Below are positions 39,934 to 50,909 of a stretch of 64,000 nucleotides of DNA, piece after piece. Below the pieces are notes generated by a model, which ran no database searches, had not been told where the DNA came from, and saw nothing but the letters and a program-made list of their open reading frames with translations. Numbering within the stretch: position 1 is the stretch's first letter; each line of letters starts with the position of its first letter. This stretch comes from an uncultured Clostridia bacterium (GTDB lineage: Bacteria; Bacillota; Clostridia; TANB77; CAG-508). The DNA is taken from positions 1,803 to 65,802 of the forward strand of contig CALXFD010000005.1 of the NCBI GenBank assembly GCA_944387495.1, in the 5' to 3' direction. The position numbers were made by a program, and so were the translations under genes.

Positions 39934-40773
39934 TTAGCTATTTTCTCCTCTACCTTCTGGTAATGCTGGATAATCTAATACTACTCTTATCTTCATTACA
40001 TATCTTATTGCTCTTACAACTTTACTATTTTTAATTCTTTGCCATAAGCTTGGTTTTGCTTCAAAAGTTGTTTCTTGAACATATTGTTGTTGTTCAACAT
40101 TTTGTACATTTTCTTGTACTTGTTCTTCAACAATTTGTTCTGGTTCTTCTACTGGTGTTGGTATAGATTTTAATGCATCTGCAACTTCTATTCCAATATA
40201 ACTTAATGCTTTTGATCTATCTTCTATTCTTTCCATATCTATTTCAATATGTAGATTTGATTCTAAGTTATTGATTCTTGCATGTAATAATTTCATTGCA
40301 TCTTGATAGTTTTGAGATTTTTTGCTTTTTGTTTTTCCTACTATATTTAAAGTTTCAATTATATCTTCTGGGAAATCTGCTTCTGCTTCTTTTACTTGTG
40401 TTTTCCAATCTTTTTCTTTATTATCTACACATTCAACTAATTCTTTTAATTGACCAGATAGTGCTATATTTTGTTCTCTTTGTCTTATTAATTCTTCTAT
40501 TTTCTTTGTATTTTCTTCAAATTGATTTGTTGCATATTCTACTAGTCCATATGCAGCTTTATATACACTTGCTGGAAAGTTTTTCTTTTTTGGATATTCA
40601 ATTAAATAAGTTTTTATTGACTCTATTAAATCTTTAAAATATGTGTCATCTTCTAATTGTACAATTTGCTTCTTGCTGTTTGGATTTATTAGTTTTTGTA
40701 CTTTATCTATATTTGATAATATTTTTTCCTCTGTTATAACCATTCTCACATTTACTATGCCAGATCTAGACAT
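39934..40773 (-). CDS. Hypothetical coiled-coil protein (279 aa)
   Basis: Strong SD AAGGAGGT 8 nt upstream of the ATG; no recognisable family. A terminator hairpin (about 39896-39930) follows the stop. Confidence 0.6.
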   Translation of the reverse strand: MSRSGIVNVRMVITEEKILSNIDKVQKLINPNSKKQIVQLEDDTYFKDLIESIKTYLIEYPKKKNFPASVYKAAYGLVEYATNQFEENTKKIEELIRQREQNIALSGQLKELVECVDNKEKDWKTQVKEAEADFPEDIIETLNIVGKTKSKKSQNYQDAMKLLHARINNLESNLHIEIDMERIEDRSKALSYIGIEVADALKSIPTPVEEPEQIVEEQVQENVQNVEQQQYVQETTFEAKPSLWQRIKNSKVVRAIRYVMKIRVVLDYPALPEGRGENS

Positions 40774-41056
40774 TGTAAATTACCTCCTTTATCTTACGCG
40801 TGATTGCTTTTTTACTAATTCATTTATAATTATACATTAATAAACAAAAAACTACAATAGAAACCTTTAATTTTTATGTTAAATTTCTGTTACAAAAATA
40901 TTACATTTTTATTACAAGGTTTTATTGTAATTTTTTATTTTATTTCTATTTAATCCGTAGTATTTATATAAGTTTGTTAAATTTTTATTTAACTTATACC
41001 TCTTATTTTATAAATTACTATAATTTTGCAATAAGAACTTTTTTATGTGACTAATT

Positions 41057-42772
41057 TTATAATACCGTTTTTATTTCTTCAAATCTTTTTACCTTTTGTG
41101 TTGTTGTTTTTATTAATTCTTTATCTGTTATTATTATATCTCTTATATATTTGTATGGTGGCATTGTTTTATTTATCTTTTTAACTTCTTGCCATAATAT
41201 ATTTTTTAATTCTTCTTCATTTTCTGTATTATATATTTCTTTTGCTAATTCTTTATCATATACAAGTTTTGCACAGATTTTATAGTCTCCATCATCTTCT
41301 GGTCTTCCATATACAAATGATTCTTTGATTCCCTCTATTTTATTTAATAATGTTTCCAATTCTTCTGGGAATATATTTTTTCCGTTTTTTAATACAATAA
41401 CAAATTTCTTTCTTCCAGATATAAATATATATCCATCTTTATCTATTTTTGCTAAATCACCTGTATGTAGCCATCCATCTTTATCTAATGTTTCTTTTGT
41501 TGCTTCTTCATTATTATAATATCCTAACATTATTGATGGACCTTTTGCTAATAGTTCTCCTACTCCATCTTCATCTGGTTCATCTATTTTTACATCTAAA
41601 CTTGGAAATGCTTTTCCTATTGAACCTAATCTTCTATATTTGTCATCTTCTGCCGCTATAACTGGTGAGCTTTCTGTTAAGCCATATCCTTGATACATTG
41701 TAAACCCTAATTCATTAAAACCTTTTTCTGCTTCTGGGTCTAATGCAGCTCCACCTGATACAAATAGTCTTACTTTTCCACCTAAATTGTCATGTATTTC
41801 TTTAAATAATTTTTTTCTAATATCTATTCCAAATTTTAATAAAAATTGACTAATCTTTATTCCTTTTTTTACAGTTTCTAATTTACCTTTTTTAGCAATC
41901 CCTTTCATTACCTGTTTATACATTGATTCAAATAATATTGGAACAGATATCATAGCTGTTATTTGATATTCTTTTATATTTTCTGCAATATGTCTTATTC
42001 CCTCACAAAAAGCAATTGCTCCTCCTACTGATATTGGGTATAAAAATCCTACTGTACATTCAAAAGTATGGTGTAAAGGTAAAAATGATAAAAACCTATC
42101 TGTTGGGTATAATTTAATAACTGATGTTATATCTTTTAAATTTGCACATATGTTTTGATGTGATAGCATAACAGCTTTTGACATTGCTGTTGTTCCAGAT
42201 GTAAACAACATTATTGACATTTTTTCATTATCAATTTTTGCATCTAAGAAATCTCTATTTCCTTCTTCTAATAGTTTTTTACCTTGTTCTAGCATTTCTT
42301 TTTGAGAATAGATTCCATTTTCTTCTTTTTCTAAATCCATTGATATAAAATATTTTACATTTGTGTTATTTTGTTCTTTTATTTTATTCATTACTTCATT
42401 ATATTTTTCTGAATAAAAGATTGCTTCTACTTCTGAACGAACTATCAAACTTTCTATTTCATTATCTGGTAATGATTTATCTAGTGGAACTACTACTCCT
42501 ACCCCTGTTACTATTGCTAGATAAGCAACGCCCCAATCATATCTATTTTCAGATATTACTGCTATTCTTTTATCTTTTAATCCTAATTCTACTAATTTTG
42601 TTCCTAAACTTTTTATATCATCTCTAAATTCTTTATGTGTTATTTCTTTAAATTTTCCTGGTTCTTCTGTTTTAAATATATATGCTGGTCTATCTCCAAA
42701 TTTTTCTCCTGTTTTTTCTAGCAGAACTTTTAAATCTGTATATTTTGTAGCTTCATAAATTGGTTTTCTCAT
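41057..42772 (-). CDS. AMP-dependent long-chain fatty acid--CoA ligase (FadD-like)
   Basis: AMP-binding motif MLFTSGTTAMSKAV, YGLTES and GWLHTGDLA. ATG at 42772 (MRKPIY). Confidence 0.85.
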   Translation of the reverse strand: MRKPIYEATKYTDLKVLLEKTGEKFGDRPAYIFKTEEPGKFKEITHKEFRDDIKSLGTKLVELGLKDKRIAVISENRYDWGVAYLAIVTGVGVVVPLDKSLPDNEIESLIVRSEVEAIFYSEKYNEVMNKIKEQNNTNVKYFISMDLEKEENGIYSQKEMLEQGKKLLEEGNRDFLDAKIDNEKMSIMLFTSGTTAMSKAVMLSHQNICANLKDITSVIKLYPTDRFLSFLPLHHTFECTVGFLYPISVGGAIAFCEGIRHIAENIKEYQITAMISVPILFESMYKQVMKGIAKKGKLETVKKGIKISQFLLKFGIDIRKKLFKEIHDNLGGKVRLFVSGGAALDPEAEKGFNELGFTMYQGYGLTESSPVIAAEDDKYRRLGSIGKAFPSLDVKIDEPDEDGVGELLAKGPSIMLGYYNNEEATKETLDKDGWLHTGDLAKIDKDGYIFISGRKKFVIVLKNGKNIFPEELETLLNKIEGIKESFVYGRPEDDGDYKICAKLVYDKELAKEIYNTENEEELKNILWQEVKKINKTMPPYKYIRDIIITDKELIKTTTQKVKRFEEIKTVL

Positions 42773-42843
42773 ATAAAACATTCCTTTCTTTAAAGACACT
42801 TTATTTAATGATTTACACTAAAATATCTTTAATCTCCCTTTTA

Positions 42844-43413
42844 TTATTTTACTTTTAATCCTTCTATTACTGTATTTTCAATTTCCTTATATAAGCTCAT
42901 TATATCTATTTCTGTATTTTTTCTTAATTTATATACTAATATCGAACATATTAAACCATATATTTCTGACGCAATAATTTTTGAGTCACCTTTTTTTATT
43001 TCTCCTTTTTCAATTCCTTTTTTTACTATGTCTTCGATTTTATTTATATATTCATATATATGTTTTTTACATTTTTTATTTCTTTCTTCATTTCCCCAAA
43101 ATTGACTAAGAAGAATTGTGATTAAATCTTCATATTTTACTGCTATCTTTATTTGAATTAAAACTACTGCTTTTAACTTATCTATATAATTTGTATATTT
43201 TGCTGTTTTTATATCTATACTATTTTGTAGCAGTTTCATTCCCTCTTCTATTAAAAAATTAAAAATTTCTTCTTTGCTAGAAAAATGATAATATAATGTT
43301 CCTTTTGCCACTCCAACAGTTGCTGTAATTTCTTCTATACTTGTTGCCTCATATCCTTTTTCTGCAAAAAGTTTCATTGATGTTTCAAAAATTTTTCTTT
43401 TGGTTTTGTTCAT
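42844..43413 (-). CDS. TetR/AcrR family transcriptional regulator
   Basis: N-terminal HTH ...FAEKGYEATSIEEITATVGVAKGTLYYHF. Confidence 0.85.
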   Translation of the reverse strand: MNKTKRKIFETSMKLFAEKGYEATSIEEITATVGVAKGTLYYHFSSKEEIFNFLIEEGMKLLQNSIDIKTAKYTNYIDKLKAVVLIQIKIAVKYEDLITILLSQFWGNEERNKKCKKHIYEYINKIEDIVKKGIEKGEIKKGDSKIIASEIYGLICSILVYKLRKNTEIDIMSLYKEIENTVIEGLKVK

Positions 43414-43653
43414 ATTTTCTTAACATCCTTTCAACACATAATTTAATATTTATATTATATATTCAATTTTACAATATTGCAATATATTTTATTTTTTTAT
43501 ACCAGATATTCTAATCTTGATTGGATTAAATTTTCTTCGTTTTATATTTTTCTTTAAGTTTTAGCTAAATATTTATGATTTGTAATTTTCTACAAACTAA
43601 AAATAGAAATTCTTTAATATACATTATTAGAATTTCTATTTCTACATATCTTA

Positions 43654-44343
43654 CTATCTTAAAAGACATATTAAAGCAAATACAATTACTTGCATTGTTA
43701 CATTAAAAAATAAATTATAATTCACACATTTTATTCCTTTATTGTTTAATTCCTCAAATCCTGCTACCATATCATCTATCTCTTTTTGAGAAGTTATTTT
43801 TTCATCTTCCATATATTCTTTTGCTAAATATTTTGCTTTTATCATTGCATCATTTTCTAAATATGCTCTAACTAGAAAATATATAAATCCCATAAATGTT
43901 AAAATTACTATAAATAACATTTTATATGGTAATACTTTTAATAGTCCTAATATTGAAATTACTATAAAAAATAGCATAAAAATATTTGAATATATAAAAT
44001 TAAATATTAATAATTTTCTATCTTGTACAGAATGTAAACATTCATGTGCAATTGTTTGTATTCTTGTATATGAATCTTTTATATTTGCAATTAATATTTT
44101 GTTTGATATTGCAATATATAAACAACTTTTTATACTTTCATCTTCTACTATTTCTACATTTTCGTTTTTTAGCATTTTTAAATATTTCTTACATATTTCA
44201 GTATTATTTGGGTATTTTTTGGCTATTTCATCTAGTTTTTCATTTTTTGCTAATTCTTCTATTTTTTTAATATTATAACTAAATATAAATTTAAGAAAAA
44301 TTAAACTTAATCCAAATATTATTAAAATTAACACATATTCCAT
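43654..44343 (-). CDS. Membrane protein with an HExxH motif (putative zinc metalloprotease)
   Basis: IAHECLHSVQD motif plus several TM helices. A terminator hairpin lies about 43600-43642. Confidence 0.55.
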   Translation of the reverse strand: MEYVLILIIFGLSLIFLKFIFSYNIKKIEELAKNEKLDEIAKKYPNNTEICKKYLKMLKNENVEIVEDESIKSCLYIAISNKILIANIKDSYTRIQTIAHECLHSVQDRKLLIFNFIYSNIFMLFFIVISILGLLKVLPYKMLFIVILTFMGFIYFLVRAYLENDAMIKAKYLAKEYMEDEKITSQKEIDDMVAGFEELNNKGIKCVNYNLFFNVTMQVIVFALICLLR

Positions 44344-44356
44344 AATTGCTCCTTAA

Positions 44357-44692
44357 TTATTGCATAATATCTCTAATTGCTTCACCAATTATTCTATTTA
44401 CATCAGCTATTACTATATTAAACTTTGTTTCTGCTTCAAAATACTTCTTTGCATCATCTATTGTTATTAATTCTGCATATAAATCTTTCATTTTTTGCAT
44501 TTTTTCTTGGTCTTCTTTTCCTGTTTGCATTTGTGTAATTTGAGCATCATATCTAGCCATTTCAAATTCTTGTATTTTATTTTTTAAATCATTGTTTAAA
44601 TTTATTGTTTGTTTTGCCATTTTATAATTTGTATATTCTTCTGATTGTTTAATTTCTTGTGCTAATCTATTTGCTGTATCATATATGTTCAT
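44357..44692 (-). CDS. YlbF/YmcA family regulatory protein
   Basis: MNIYDTANRLAQEIKQSEEY... and overall helical pattern; 111 aa. Confidence 0.7.
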   Translation of the reverse strand: MNIYDTANRLAQEIKQSEEYTNYKMAKQTINLNNDLKNKIQEFEMARYDAQITQMQTGKEDQEKMQKMKDLYAELITIDDAKKYFEAETKFNIVIADVNRIIGEAIRDIMQ

Positions 44693-44705
44693 TTAGATTC
44701 CTCCC

Positions 44706-45800
44706 TTAATTTGTAGCTGTTGTATTTGTTGTTGGTGTTGTAGCCTCTGCTCCTTCTATTACTACATCTGCATTTATTGGGCAAATATTAACAAACGTAT
44801 TTCCATCATTTACTTCTATTTCATTTCTTTCTAAATCTTTATATACTGTTTTTTCATCTCTTGCTGATTTAGTACATTTTATTTTTATTGCTTTTCCATT
44901 TGTTATATAATATCCATCAAATGTTCCTATATTTTTCAAACCTTGTCTTCCCTTATTTTCTTTATCTGATAATGTATAATTATCACAAAATGTTATTATT
45001 ATATTTTTAGTTGTTATTGCACTTTTCGTATCCCAATCTGTCTGTGCTTTTCCTCTTGCATATCTTTTATATACTTTATTTTCTGAATCATACTCATATT
45101 TTACTGTTTGTAAATCTGAATGTGGTATTGTTACTTCTAATGCTTCTTGTCCATTTTCTAAGTTAATTTCTTCTGCATTATATTTTAATACACTTTCTTC
45201 ATCAGATGTTGTTCTAAATTTTTTATTTTTTGCTGATTGTAATAGCTTTTCTGTACTTGTAACAGCATTATGTGGTGCTAATTTATCTTTTACACGCCAA
45301 AATGTAGTTCCATCTTCTGCAATCCCATTTATATCATTAATACTATATTTTTTTATATCACTTTGTGCTTGTGGACTTTGTCCAAAATGTACATATATTG
45401 CATCATTTTCCATAGCATAATCTATAAAATAATGTCTAGCACTTCTAACTGGTCCTATTTTGTCTAAATCTGCACCTTTAAATAATGCCATTAATCTAGT
45501 TTCTCCGCCTTCAACTACTATTTCATAAATCATATAAGCATCATTTAATCCCGCTTGTGGCCATGCATCACTATGATTGTCTATCATTACTGCTATTGGT
45601 CTATCATTTCCACTAAATATTTGTACTGTTTTTTCTTCTGGTTCTTCTACAACATTTTCTTCTTGTTTAGCCATTGCTGGTTCTTCATTTTCTTTGTCTT
45701 TTATTATTTTTTGTCCTAATACTACTCCTGCTACTATTATTAATATCACTAATATTATTATTAGTGCCTTAATTCCACCTTTTTCCATAGTTTCCTCCAT
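44706..45800 (-). CDS. DUF3048 (YerB-like) secreted/lipoprotein-type protein
   Basis: N-terminal TM helix; RPIAVMIDNHSDAWPQAGLNDAYMIYEIVVEGGETRLMALF. Confidence 0.8.
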   Translation of the reverse strand: MEETMEKGGIKALIIILVILIIVAGVVLGQKIIKDKENEEPAMAKQEENVVEEPEEKTVQIFSGNDRPIAVMIDNHSDAWPQAGLNDAYMIYEIVVEGGETRLMALFKGADLDKIGPVRSARHYFIDYAMENDAIYVHFGQSPQAQSDIKKYSINDINGIAEDGTTFWRVKDKLAPHNAVTSTEKLLQSAKNKKFRTTSDEESVLKYNAEEINLENGQEALEVTIPHSDLQTVKYEYDSENKVYKRYARGKAQTDWDTKSAITTKNIIITFCDNYTLSDKENKGRQGLKNIGTFDGYYITNGKAIKIKCTKSARDEKTVYKDLERNEIEVNDGNTFVNICPINADVVIEGAEATTPTTNTTATN

Positions 45801-46271
45801 TTATCTAGTTATTTCTAGAGATTTCAATATTTTTTCTTCTTTTGGTCTCATAATCTTTTTGTCTTCTTCTTTTATATGGTCATATCCCATTAAGTGATAA
45901 AAACCATGAACTAACATATAGCTTAATTCTCTTTCAAAACTATGTCCATATTCTTCTGCCTGTTCTTTTACTTTTTCTATTGATATAACAATATCTCCTA
46001 AAACATCTTCATATTCAAAATCGTTATTTTCTATTTTCTTGTCCAATTCGTCTTTTTCGAACATAGGAAATGATAATACATCTGTTTCTTTATCAATATT
46101 TCTATATTCTTTATTTATTTTTCTAATATTTTGAGGAGTAGTTAGTATAATTGTCATACATAATTTTGAATTTTGTATTTTTTCTTCTTCAAAGCATTTT
46201 TCTATAACTTTTTTAATGATAGGCTCATACTCTTTATTTTCTTCTATACCTTCATATATTATTTCATACAT
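45801..46271 (-). CDS. ybeY: rRNA maturation endoribonuclease YbeY
   Basis: HGFYHLMGYDH zinc motif. Confidence 0.9.
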   Translation of the reverse strand: MYEIIYEGIEENKEYEPIIKKVIEKCFEEEKIQNSKLCMTIILTTPQNIRKINKEYRNIDKETDVLSFPMFEKDELDKKIENNDFEYEDVLGDIVISIEKVKEQAEEYGHSFERELSYMLVHGFYHLMGYDHIKEEDKKIMRPKEEKILKSLEITR

Positions 46272-46272
46272 T

Positions 46273-47481
46273 TTATGCTACCTTCTTTATTTTTTTAACA
46301 TAATTTCCTTCTGATTTAAAACTATTTTTAAGTTCTCTCATTGCTCCATAATCTATTAATTTTCTTTTATAATATTTTAATAGTTTTGAATAATCAGTTT
46401 TACTATCTTCTATTTTTCTCATATCATTTTTTATAAATAATATTTCTTTTTGTTTTACATATTCTATAAAATCATTTTCTTTTAGTTTTGAAATTTCTTT
46501 ATATTTATTCCAGAATTGCTTGAATTCATCTCTTTCTTTTATATTTTCCCAATATACTTTTGTTGATAATAATTTTATGTTATATTCTTCTATTAAATTA
46601 ATTAACATTGAATATGCTCTTTCACGTTTTGTTGCAATTTTTGTGTCTTGTACTAACATTCTTGCATCTCTAAGTAGTTTTTCATAGCATTGTGTTGCAA
46701 CTATCAATGGCAAGCTATGTGTAAATAATTTTCTACTTATACTTAGTAAAATCACATTTTTTTCGATTGTATCTTTTGTATCTAATTTGCCAACTGTATA
46801 TGATTCAAATTTTTCATATTCGTTTACAACTTCTTTTGCAATCTCATCTCCATTTATTTCTATTTTTAATGATAATATATTTTGTATATAATCTTCTAAT
46901 GTATAAAATATTTTTGTATATATCCAGTCTTTTGAAGATTCATATGAATTTGTTGTATCTGCTAATTTTATTGAATAATTTTTTAAGATTGCTTTATACA
47001 ACATATCCATTTTAGATATATAAAATTCTTCATATCTTTTTATTACTTTTTCTTTTCCAGATATTTTTATTCCTTCATAATCTAATTCCAACAAATATTT
47101 TTGTTTTCTATTTTTATATTCTATATACTCATTTTCTTTTAAGCTTGTTACTTCATAATATTTTGATAATGCATTTTGCTCAAATTCTGTTGCAGAATTA
47201 TTTTTTACTTTTTTATATATAGAATCCATCACATATTTATCTAATGCTTCTAGATAGTTTTCATATGATGTATCATATTTTTTCTCCATTTCATCATCAT
47301 TATATTCTGCCTTACTACTTTTAAAATTTTCATATGCTTTTAAAAGGTTATTTCTTTTTATTGAAATTAACATTCCATTAATTCCTATTTTTGTAGGAAT
47401 TAACATTTTTGTTAATGTTTTTGTTATTTTATTAAAAAATGTTTTATCTTGACCTGTTATTCTTAAACTTCTTTCTTCCAT
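46273..47481 (-). CDS. Hypothetical helical protein (about 402 aa) between yqfD and ybeY
   Basis: ORF track 46273..47514. I prefer the ATG at 47481 (MEERSL), which avoids overlap with yqfD and follows AAGGGATGA. No nucleotide-binding or HD motifs. Confidence 0.55.
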   Translation of the reverse strand: MEERSLRITGQDKTFFNKITKTLTKMLIPTKIGINGMLISIKRNNLLKAYENFKSSKAEYNDDEMEKKYDTSYENYLEALDKYVMDSIYKKVKNNSATEFEQNALSKYYEVTSLKENEYIEYKNRKQKYLLELDYEGIKISGKEKVIKRYEEFYISKMDMLYKAILKNYSIKLADTTNSYESSKDWIYTKIFYTLEDYIQNILSLKIEINGDEIAKEVVNEYEKFESYTVGKLDTKDTIEKNVILLSISRKLFTHSLPLIVATQCYEKLLRDARMLVQDTKIATKRERAYSMLINLIEEYNIKLLSTKVYWENIKERDEFKQFWNKYKEISKLKENDFIEYVKQKEILFIKNDMRKIEDSKTDYSKLLKYYKRKLIDYGAMRELKNSFKSEGNYVKKIKKVA

Positions 47482-47494
47482 AGCTCTCATCCCT

Positions 47495-48679
47495 TCAAAA
47501 TACAATTTTTTCATTAGTTCCTATATTTTCAAGAACCTCGTAAGTAAGGTAAACATCTATACCATTTTCAGTTTCATATGTATTAATTATCTTATTTGTT
47601 ATTTTTGTTTTATCTTCAATTTCTTTATCAAATTCTGCCTCTAACTCTTGTATCCCTAAGTTTTTTGCTTCTTCTACCGTGTACTTTTTTTGTTCTTGTT
47701 TTACTTCATAATTAGTTGTTTTTATTATAGAAATTGGTAAATAGAAATCTGAAAATATCCTTAATTTACTCTCTGTTTCTATTGTATCATAAATTTGAAA
47801 TTTTGAAAGCCCTTTGTACAAATTTATTTTAAAATTATTAAATTTTATTGAATATTTTTCTTCAATATTTCCTGTTTTTGCCTTTTCCGTAGCATTGTAG
47901 TCAATATGTGTATTTTTTGTATGCCAAACTTTTGCTTCTATTTCTCCTTTTGCATGAACATATCTTATTCCTGTATATTTTCCTTCCATCCACCCATTTA
48001 TTAAAGTATCTCCTACATTTATTGTATCTCCTACTTTTACATTTGCAGTTCCTGATTGTGCATTTATTTTTGTTATCACTCCTGCTTTATCTGCTACTAT
48101 ACTGCAATATTCATTTTCATCTATTATTTCTGGTTTTTGAGCTGATTTTACTAATTTAACAATTGCATTTGTTCCTTTTAATTCTATTCCCATCCATGCT
48201 ACATCATCTCTTTTTAATCTTACTTCATTTATTATTTCTTTTGTATTTATTTTTGATTTTTCCTTTCCTACTTTTAATCCTGCTTCTTCTAAGCTTTCCT
48301 GTATATTTTCTAGATTTTTCCCATTTTCTTCTACTATTTCAATATTCCAAACATATTGAGAACTTACCATTATTAAAGCTATTACTAATATTAGTAATAT
48401 TGCAAATATTTTTCTTTTTTTGTATCTATGTAATATAAATGGTAGTCCTTTTTTCTTTTTTATTTTCATTTTACAATGTGTTTCTTTTGCAATATCACAC
48501 ATTTCTTTAAATTGTTTTATTTTTACATTTAATATTATTTTTGTTTCTTTATTTTTTTTGATATTCCATATTAATATTTTTTTATTCCTACATATATTTA
48601 TAAATCTTTCTATATAATATCCTTCTATTATAATTCTTAAATATCCAGAAACATAATTAGTAATTGTTTTTATTATCAT
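47495..48679 (-). CDS. yqfD: Sporulation protein YqfD
   Basis: 394 aa with one central TM helix; sits directly after yqfC; N-terminal GYLRIIIEGYYIERFINIC pattern. Confidence 0.8.
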   Translation of the reverse strand: MIIKTITNYVSGYLRIIIEGYYIERFINICRNKKILIWNIKKNKETKIILNVKIKQFKEMCDIAKETHCKMKIKKKKGLPFILHRYKKRKIFAILLILVIALIMVSSQYVWNIEIVEENGKNLENIQESLEEAGLKVGKEKSKINTKEIINEVRLKRDDVAWMGIELKGTNAIVKLVKSAQKPEIIDENEYCSIVADKAGVITKINAQSGTANVKVGDTINVGDTLINGWMEGKYTGIRYVHAKGEIEAKVWHTKNTHIDYNATEKAKTGNIEEKYSIKFNNFKINLYKGLSKFQIYDTIETESKLRIFSDFYLPISIIKTTNYEVKQEQKKYTVEEAKNLGIQELEAEFDKEIEDKTKITNKIINTYETENGIDVYLTYEVLENIGTNEKIVF

Positions 48680-48704
48680 TATTCTCTCCTTTTATATATG
48701 TAAA

Positions 48705-48983
48705 TTAATCTGTTAATCTTTCGAACTCAAAACTTTCTATTTGACCTGTTACTTTAATATCATCATTTGTCATATTTTCTAAATTCAAATTATATCCATT
48801 AATATTTATTATTCCTATATATGTACTTATTTTTATATAAAATTCTTCATATTCTAATATACCTTTAAAGTTTTCAATAAGCATTTCATCAAATCCCATA
48901 ATTGAAATTTTAGGCATATTTGAATATACTTCTTTTGGCAATTCTAGCATTTTATCTATTCTGTTAAGTTTTTCCTTTTTCAT
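48705..48983 (-). CDS. yqfC: Sporulation protein YqfC (YabP family)
   Basis: LELPKEVYSNMPKISIMGFDEMLIENFKGILEYEE. ATG at 48983 after AAGGAGGA. Confidence 0.8.
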   Translation of the reverse strand: MKKEKLNRIDKMLELPKEVYSNMPKISIMGFDEMLIENFKGILEYEEFYIKISTYIGIININGYNLNLENMTNDDIKVTGQIESFEFERLTD

Positions 48984-48997
48984 ATAATTCCTCCTTA

Positions 48998-49819
48998 TTA
49001 TTCCCATTCATCTAATGACTTAAATTCATAACCTTGCTCTTTTATTTCTTTTATAATACTGTCTAATATATTTGTATTTGTTTTTGAATTTCCATGTAAT
49101 AACATTATTTCTCCATTATGTATGTTATCTAAAATTCTCTTTTTTGCCTCTTCTTCACTTGGTTGCTTTTTTTCGTCCCAATCTTGGTATGCAAATGACC
49201 ACATTACATTTTTATATCCTAATGAATTTGTTACTTTTAATGTTCTTTCACTAAATTCTCCTTTTGGTGGTCTTATATATTTCATTTCATAGTTGAATTT
49301 TTCGTATATTGCTTGGTGTAAGCCCATTACTTCTTTTTTTATTTCTTCATCAGAAATCTCTGGAAGGCTTTTGTGGTTAACTGTATGATTTCCTACTATA
49401 TGTCCTTCATCGAGCATTCTTTTTACTAATTCTTCTTGTGTATTTACATAGTGCGCAGTTATAAAAAAGGTTGCTTTTACATTATTTTGTTTTAAAGTAT
49501 CCAATATTTGACTTGTGTAACCTGCTTCATATCCTTCATCAAATGTTAGATAAATATATTTTTTGTCTGGATTTCCTAGACATATTCCATTATTTTCTTC
49601 TAAAAGCTTTTGGTTTTCTTTTCCTACATCTGGTTGTTCATGTGTATTACTTCTTTTTATTCCCCAGCCTATTTTTTTATTGTTTTCTATTTTAGAACTT
49701 GTTTCTATATAATTTTCTTGTGGATTCATTGTTAATATTGATAATGTTAATATACTTATTGTTAATACAGCTATTATGCTTATTTTTTTAAAGTTTCTTT
49801 TTGCTTTTTTTATATACAT
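48998..49819 (-). CDS. pdaA: Polysaccharide deacetylase, PdaA-like delta-lactam-biosynthetic de-N-acetylase
   Basis: YLTFDEGY, ATFFITAHYV and GNHTVNHKS NodB motifs. ATG at 49819 after GAGAGGAAGAG. Confidence 0.75.
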   Translation of the reverse strand: MYIKKAKRNFKKISIIAVLTISILTLSILTMNPQENYIETSSKIENNKKIGWGIKRSNTHEQPDVGKENQKLLEENNGICLGNPDKKYIYLTFDEGYEAGYTSQILDTLKQNNVKATFFITAHYVNTQEELVKRMLDEGHIVGNHTVNHKSLPEISDEEIKKEVMGLHQAIYEKFNYEMKYIRPPKGEFSERTLKVTNSLGYKNVMWSFAYQDWDEKKQPSEEEAKKRILDNIHNGEIMLLHGNSKTNTNILDSIIKEIKEQGYEFKSLDEWE

Positions 49820-50065
49820 GTTAACTCTTCCTCTCATACAAATTTTATATTACATTATATTTGTTTATTTATTAATATATGTTAAATTTACATTGTTTTA
49901 AATTTAAATATATTTACTTTCTTATTTTTATATCCAATGTGACATTTTTCGTGATATTTTTACTTTAAAATATATTTTATTATTTTTTCTGATATTTTTA
50001 TTTCTATTTTTTAATTTATATGTTACTGATAGTTTTAGCATTTGGATAATTTTGTAAATAGACTA

Positions 50066-50094
50066 TTGACAAGTTTAATTTTTTAGAATATATT
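50066..50094 (+). promoter_or_regulatory. Near-consensus sigma-A promoter upstream of the response-regulator/kinase operon
   Basis: TTGACA (50066-50071), 17-bp spacer, TATATT (50089-50094). Confidence 0.6.
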
Positions 50095-50195
50095 GTTATT
50101 GTTTTTGGAAAAATAAGGTAATATATTTTTTATTGTCGAAACCTTTATTTTTTTAAAACTATATTTTTATCTTATTTTAAGGGGGAGTTAGTCCA

Positions 50196-50909
50196 ATGCT
50201 AAATTTTGCTATTTGTGATGACAATGTTAACATTTTAGACAGATTGCAGAAATTATTAGAAACTATTTTTACAAAAAATAATTTCGAAGCACAAGTTTGT
50301 TTCAAATTTGATAATGTTGAAGATTTACTTACATGTTTTGATAATAATAAAGTTGATGTCTTATTACTAGATATTAATTTAAAATCTAATAAATCCGGAC
50401 TTGATATTGCTGAACAAATTAGAAAGAAAAATAAAGATGTGTACCTTATTTTTACTACTGCACACTTAGAATATGCTATGGTTGCATATAGATACAAGAC
50501 TTTTGACTATTTACCTAAACCTATTACTTATGATAGATTAGAAGATACTATCAAAAGATTATTTGAGGATATCTATGGATTACCAAAGAAATATATTAAA
50601 ATTGATAATAAAAACACCCTTGTTGATGCTAACGAAATTCAATATATTTGTAGAGATGGTATGAAATTGATATTTCATACCACTTCTCGTGATTATGACA
50701 TTTATAGTTCTTTTAATAAAATAAAAAATCAATTACCAGAAAATTTTGTTAGATGTCATAAATCTTATATTGTAAATACAGGTGTTATTAAAGATGTTGA
50801 CCCTGTGTCACTTACTGTTCAGTTTGATAAAAATTCTTATTGTTATATTGGACCTAAATATAAAAATCAGTTTATGGAGGTTATGAAGAAGAATGGAATT
50901 ATTGAATAA
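50196..50909 (+). CDS. agrA: LytTR-family response regulator (AgrA-like)
   Basis: Receiver domain (ICDDN, LLLDINL) plus a LytTR DNA-binding domain (FVRCHKSYIVN). SD AAGGGGGAG. Confidence 0.8.
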   Translation: MLNFAICDDNVNILDRLQKLLETIFTKNNFEAQVCFKFDNVEDLLTCFDNNKVDVLLLDINLKSNKSGLDIAEQIRKKNKDVYLIFTTAHLEYAMVAYRYKTFDYLPKPITYDRLEDTIKRLFEDIYGLPKKYIKIDNKNTLVDANEIQYICRDGMKLIFHTTSRDYDIYSSFNKIKNQLPENFVRCHKSYIVNTGVIKDVDPVSLTVQFDKNSYCYIGPKYKNQFMEVMKKNGIIE

